Shown here piece after piece: positions 60,634 to 64,000 of a stretch of 64,000 nt of DNA. Below the pieces are notes generated by a model. The model ran no database searches and was not told the origin of the DNA. It saw only the letters and a list, made by a program, of their open reading frames with translations. Source of the stretch: an uncultured Steroidobacter sp. (lineage in GTDB: Bacteria; Pseudomonadota; Gammaproteobacteria; Steroidobacterales; Steroidobacteraceae). The stretch is taken from positions 17,487 to 81,486 of the forward strand of contig CALFXI010000058.1 of NCBI GenBank assembly GCA_937958065.1. Reading direction: 5' to 3'. The stretch's first letter is position 1; each line of letters starts with the position of its first letter. Position numbers and translations under genes: made by a program.

Positions 60634-61158
60634 ATGACGCGCCTGCGCACCATTGCTGTAGTGTTTCTTGTTTGCATGGCAAGCATGTTCGCCGCCGCAG
60701 CTGGCGCGAAAGAGCCGACGCGACTCGTCGTTCTCGACATCGAGCTCACGGGCGACCTCGGCGGCCCCGAGTTCGCGGCCGAGCATGAAGCTCGACTGAA
60801 ACTGGCAAGCGCACGATTGCGAGAAGAGCTCGCCGCCACCGGCCTCTATGAGCTGGTGGACACGAGCGCAGCCAGCGACACCCTCGCTCAGCTCAAATCC
60901 CAACATCGGTATCTGCACGACTGCAATGGCTGCGACCTCGAGCTCGGTCGCCGTCTGAACGCGGATCAGGTGATGGTCGCGTGGGTGTATCGAGTCAGCG
61001 GCCTGGTTCTGACATTGACCTACGAAATTCACGACGTCGCTTCCGGGCAGATCGTCGGCCGGAAATCCTTCGGCTTCCGGGGTGACAACGACACAGCGTG
61101 GACGCGCGCCATCGACTACATGGTTCGCGACCTGAAAGCGGCGCAACCCGCGCGCTAG
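60634..61158 (+). CDS. DUF3280-like periplasmic protein
   Basis: Signal peptide; VVLDIEL, CNGC, VYRVSGLVL, FRGDNDTAWTRAI. Confidence 0.75.
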   Translation: MTRLRTIAVVFLVCMASMFAAAAGAKEPTRLVVLDIELTGDLGGPEFAAEHEARLKLASARLREELAATGLYELVDTSAASDTLAQLKSQHRYLHDCNGCDLELGRRLNADQVMVAWVYRVSGLVLTLTYEIHDVASGQIVGRKSFGFRGDNDTAWTRAIDYMVRDLKAAQPAR

Positions 61159-62258
61159 AAGAAACCGTGCACCTGCGCGAAGTAGAACCTGCGATTCTGC
61201 TGATCGTTCTGCGGAATGCCGTCATAGATCCGAGCCCCGACGCGCAGCTGCAGGAACTGGATCGGGAAATGTTCCCAGACCAGACTGAAGCGATTCTGCT
61301 CGTCCTCGTCCACGTCCGTGTCCGGATCGAAATACTCCGCCGTCAGCTTCAGGTTCTGGCCTTTGACCATCAGCCAGTTCGCTTCGAGCAACCCGACCCA
61401 TTGCTTGCGCTCGGTCGGACCGAGCGTTCTGTCCATGATGTAGTCGGCCTCGCCCAGCCACACGACGGGCCCGATGCGAACGCCGGCGAACAAACCTTGC
61501 ATCTGGCGATTGCCCGCATCCGTGTGATTGTGGTTGAACCCTGCGCCGAACCTCCAGACGTTCTGCACATACTCGCCACGCAAGCTCACTTGCTTGCCCT
61601 CGTCGGTCTCGTCCCCGCCCGCGGCGCCATTGGTCACGGCGAGCTGCGCGGTCCAGCTCGTTGCCTCGTATCCGACCTGCACGCCTCGATCCGGCGTCGT
61701 GAAGTTGATGCCGGTCACCTGTCGAATGAATGCGGTGTCGTCCTGGATGCGCAATCCATAGGGCAGAAAAAACTGCCCGGCCTGAAAATTCCACTGCTGG
61801 CCCTTGCTCGTGTAACGCGCGAACGCTTCGAGATTGGTGCTGCCGCCTGGCGCGAGACGCTGATCGACATAAACCGCGAGCCGGTCGGGAATCGGAATGA
61901 CGGCGAGATACGCCCGCATCTCCTCGATGTCGAACTCATTCGTCGAGGGGTTATGCGGAACATCGGTGTACGTTGCATTCGTGCGCAAGTTCCCTCCGAG
62001 CGCCACGAACGAATTCAACATGCCGGTCCACGCCTCCGTTCCGGCCCCTTCGATGCGACGCGCCGGCAATGCGGTCTGCGCATAGGCGTTCCCGAATACA
62101 TTGCGCATGCCGCCGCCGGTCGGGTTGAAATGACAGCTGGCGCATTTCAAGCCTTCGCGGACAGCGAGGTACGGCTCGGCATGGGCGATATGAAGAGCGG
62201 AGGCGACGACCAGTGCGACGAGCGCGCAGACTTTGCGAAGCACGGTGCCCGACTTCAT
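61155..62258 (-). CDS. Monoheme cytochrome c-porin fusion (Cyc2-like outer-membrane cytochrome)
   Basis: Signal AHA then EPYLAVREGLKCASCH; remainder amphipathic beta strands with GQFFLPYG; ends in Phe. Confidence 0.7.
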   Translation of the reverse strand: MKSGTVLRKVCALVALVVASALHIAHAEPYLAVREGLKCASCHFNPTGGGMRNVFGNAYAQTALPARRIEGAGTEAWTGMLNSFVALGGNLRTNATYTDVPHNPSTNEFDIEEMRAYLAVIPIPDRLAVYVDQRLAPGGSTNLEAFARYTSKGQQWNFQAGQFFLPYGLRIQDDTAFIRQVTGINFTTPDRGVQVGYEATSWTAQLAVTNGAAGGDETDEGKQVSLRGEYVQNVWRFGAGFNHNHTDAGNRQMQGLFAGVRIGPVVWLGEADYIMDRTLGPTERKQWVGLLEANWLMVKGQNLKLTAEYFDPDTDVDEDEQNRFSLVWEHFPIQFLQLRVGARIYDGIPQNDQQNRRFYFAQVHGFF

Positions 62259-63112
62259 TGAGCCATCTCCACGGTGAAGCGCAGAACGAAATCGCCGCCG
62301 GGCGCGCCGTCCCCATCGCCGTCGATGGGCCGGGCCTGCAGATCGGCCATCGCGACTGGATCCGTGCCACGAATGCGCAATTCGTAGGAATCCGCAGCGA
62401 GCGGCGCGACACGAGGAGTAATCGCGAGAACTGTGGGCAAATCGGACCGCACCACCGCGTCGACCGGGACGTCATGTTCATTGCCGGAATCGAAACTGCC
62501 GTCGCCGCCGCTGGCACGCAGCTCGATCAGGTTCGACTGCATCAGCGATGTATCCAGCTCGACGTTCGAGGTGATGACGACGTCACGCACAGGCGCGGAC
62601 ACAGTCTCATTGCGCGCCGGCGATATCGCCGTCAACTGTACGAGCTCGAAGCGCGAGTTCGCGCTGCCTCCTGCTGCCATGGTGTTCGCCGCACCGTCCG
62701 TGATCCATTGTCGAATGACGGCGATCGTTTCCTGAGGCAACGGCGGCAGATTGAGCGGCATGCGTCCGCCCACGGCCGCAGTACCCTCGAGCTTCTGAAT
62801 CAGATAACTCGCGTCGGGATTGCCCGGCTGAACTCGTAGCATCGAGGGCACTTCGACGCTCGGCGCATTCACGAGCAGCGCATAGGATGCGCCTTCATCG
62901 AGTCGCAAGCCCAACGGCGCAGCGGCGCCCGCATGACAGGCGGTGCACACGGGGGTGAAAACGTTGTCCTGGATGGATTTGAAGTCCGGCTGCAGTGCGC
63001 CGCCACTGCTCTCGCCAAGCGGCCGGCCGTTCTCATCGAGACCTCGTCCATCGCCGGCGCAGGCCGCAAGCAGACACGTGGTGCACAGTGCGCAGAGCTT
63101 CGCCTTCCTCAT
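62255..63112 (-). CDS. Monoheme cytochrome c lipoprotein with C-terminal Ig-like domain
   Basis: Lipobox LAAC; CTACH..GLRLD..PGNPDASYLIQKL..GRMP..IRQW; then ISPARNE..VVITSNVELD Ig-like region; ATGA overlap with the downstream gene. Confidence 0.8.
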   Translation of the reverse strand: MRKAKLCALCTTCLLAACAGDGRGLDENGRPLGESSGGALQPDFKSIQDNVFTPVCTACHAGAAAPLGLRLDEGASYALLVNAPSVEVPSMLRVQPGNPDASYLIQKLEGTAAVGGRMPLNLPPLPQETIAVIRQWITDGAANTMAAGGSANSRFELVQLTAISPARNETVSAPVRDVVITSNVELDTSLMQSNLIELRASGGDGSFDSGNEHDVPVDAVVRSDLPTVLAITPRVAPLAADSYELRIRGTDPVAMADLQARPIDGDGDGAPGGDFVLRFTVEMAQ

Positions 63113-63255
63113 GCATTCACCCCGGCGTTCTTGTTTGGCTGGCGTGAGTGCCCGCGCACGCAGCGCAGGTTCATTCTGTCGCGTTGAACTTTCCGGGCGA
63201 CGCTCGGGCACTCATGCATACATCCCTGGCAGAGACGCTCGTCGGGAATGCAAAT

Positions 63256-64000
63256 ATGCGCATGCACAGAGCTATCCCAGCTTCGCTTGCATTGACACTG
63301 ATTGCAGTCACCGCTTGCAGCGGCAGTGGTGGAGACGACGGCGGCTCCGGGCCAGCAATCGCCCAGGCTGCACCTACAGCATCCATCACCGCCCCGCCGG
63401 GCGCATCAGTGAACAGGACCGTGACATTGACTGCGACCGCAACCGCGGAGGCGGGAGTGAACCGAGTCCAGTTTCTGGTTGACGGGAATGTGATCGGGAC
63501 CGCAACCGCGGCGCCCTACCAGACAAGCTGGGACACATCGACCGTCCCCGACGGCGCCCATCAATTGACGGCTGTCACCATCGACAACGCCAATGCTTCC
63601 ACGACCTCGGCTCCGGTCACGGTCACAGTGCTCAATTCACCCACCATCGATGTCACGGTGAGCTCGGCCGAGGTCTTTCCCAGAACGGGCTCCGCCGCGA
63701 CCGGCGTGGGACAGTTCACATTCAATCTGGTGACTGGCGCGGTGACTGGCACTGTCACGTTCACTGGCATCGCAGCGACGCTCTCGGACATTCATCAGGG
63801 TATTGCGGGCACCAATGGCCCCGCGATCCTCACGCTGTCGGTGAGCGGCACTGATCCAAACAGCTGGGTCGCGCCAGCTGGAGCCACTCTCACAGCGGAT
63901 CAGGTGAACGCCTTACTTGCGGGCGAGCTATATGTAGACGCGCACTCCGCCACTTTCCCCGACGGCGAAATTCGCGGACAACTTCGCCCGCAAGGCATCG
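63256..64000 (+). CDS. Lipoprotein with Ig-like (Big) and CHRD domains, partial (runs off window)
   Basis: Translated by hand: MRMHRAIPASLALTLIAVTAC (lipobox)...VQFLVDG.VIGT...APYQTSWDT...DIHQGIAGTNGP...GELYVDAHSATFPDGEIRGQL (CHRD). Confidence 0.85.
   Translation, partial: MRMHRAIPASLALTLIAVTACSGSGGDDGGSGPAIAQAAPTASITAPPGASVNRTVTLTATATAEAGVNRVQFLVDGNVIGTATAAPYQTSWDTSTVPDGAHQLTAVTIDNANASTTSAPVTVTVLNSPTIDVTVSSAEVFPRTGSAATGVGQFTFNLVTGAVTGTVTFTGIAATLSDIHQGIAGTNGPAILTLSVSGTDPNSWVAPAGATLTADQVNALLAGELYVDAHSATFPDGEIRGQLRPQGI

Overview
High-GC Gram-negative chromosomal window. Many TonB-dependent receptors, Tat-exported enzymes and FecI/FecR suggest a Steroidobacteraceae/Xanthomonadales-like Gammaproteobacterium (inference only). 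Contents in order: GH43 xylosidase and an Aer-type chemoreceptor; an FG-GAP propeller protein; a selD-selA / selC selenocysteine cluster lacking selB, whose tRNA-Sec folds as the rare 7/5 (12-bp) type; Lrp and ornithine cyclodeaminase; a K+ channel beside two regulator remnants; an orphan peptidase-containing ABC exporter plus MFP; a red-type Calvin-cycle operon (cbbR / cbbLSXFPZT); a TBDR-flavin amine oxidase-secreted Rid operon; GH27 with FecIR-TBDR; a DUF1080/Gfo-Idh-MocA/PVC-type heme protein sugar-oxidation locus. The right-hand block holds a pentapeptide protein, a sigma54-driven porin, a type I PETase/cutinase-like hydrolase with a short non-canonical foldase, DUF3280, a two-gene operon (monoheme cytochrome c lipoprotein plus Cyc2-like heme-porin fusion), and a divergent CHRD lipoprotein. 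Best candidates for new biology are the Cyc2-like conduit near a CBB operon, the PETase-like enzyme with its chaperone, and the 12-bp tRNA-Sec. No CRISPR array, IS element, integrase or rRNA was seen. All family calls come from motif recognition by eye; no database searches were run.
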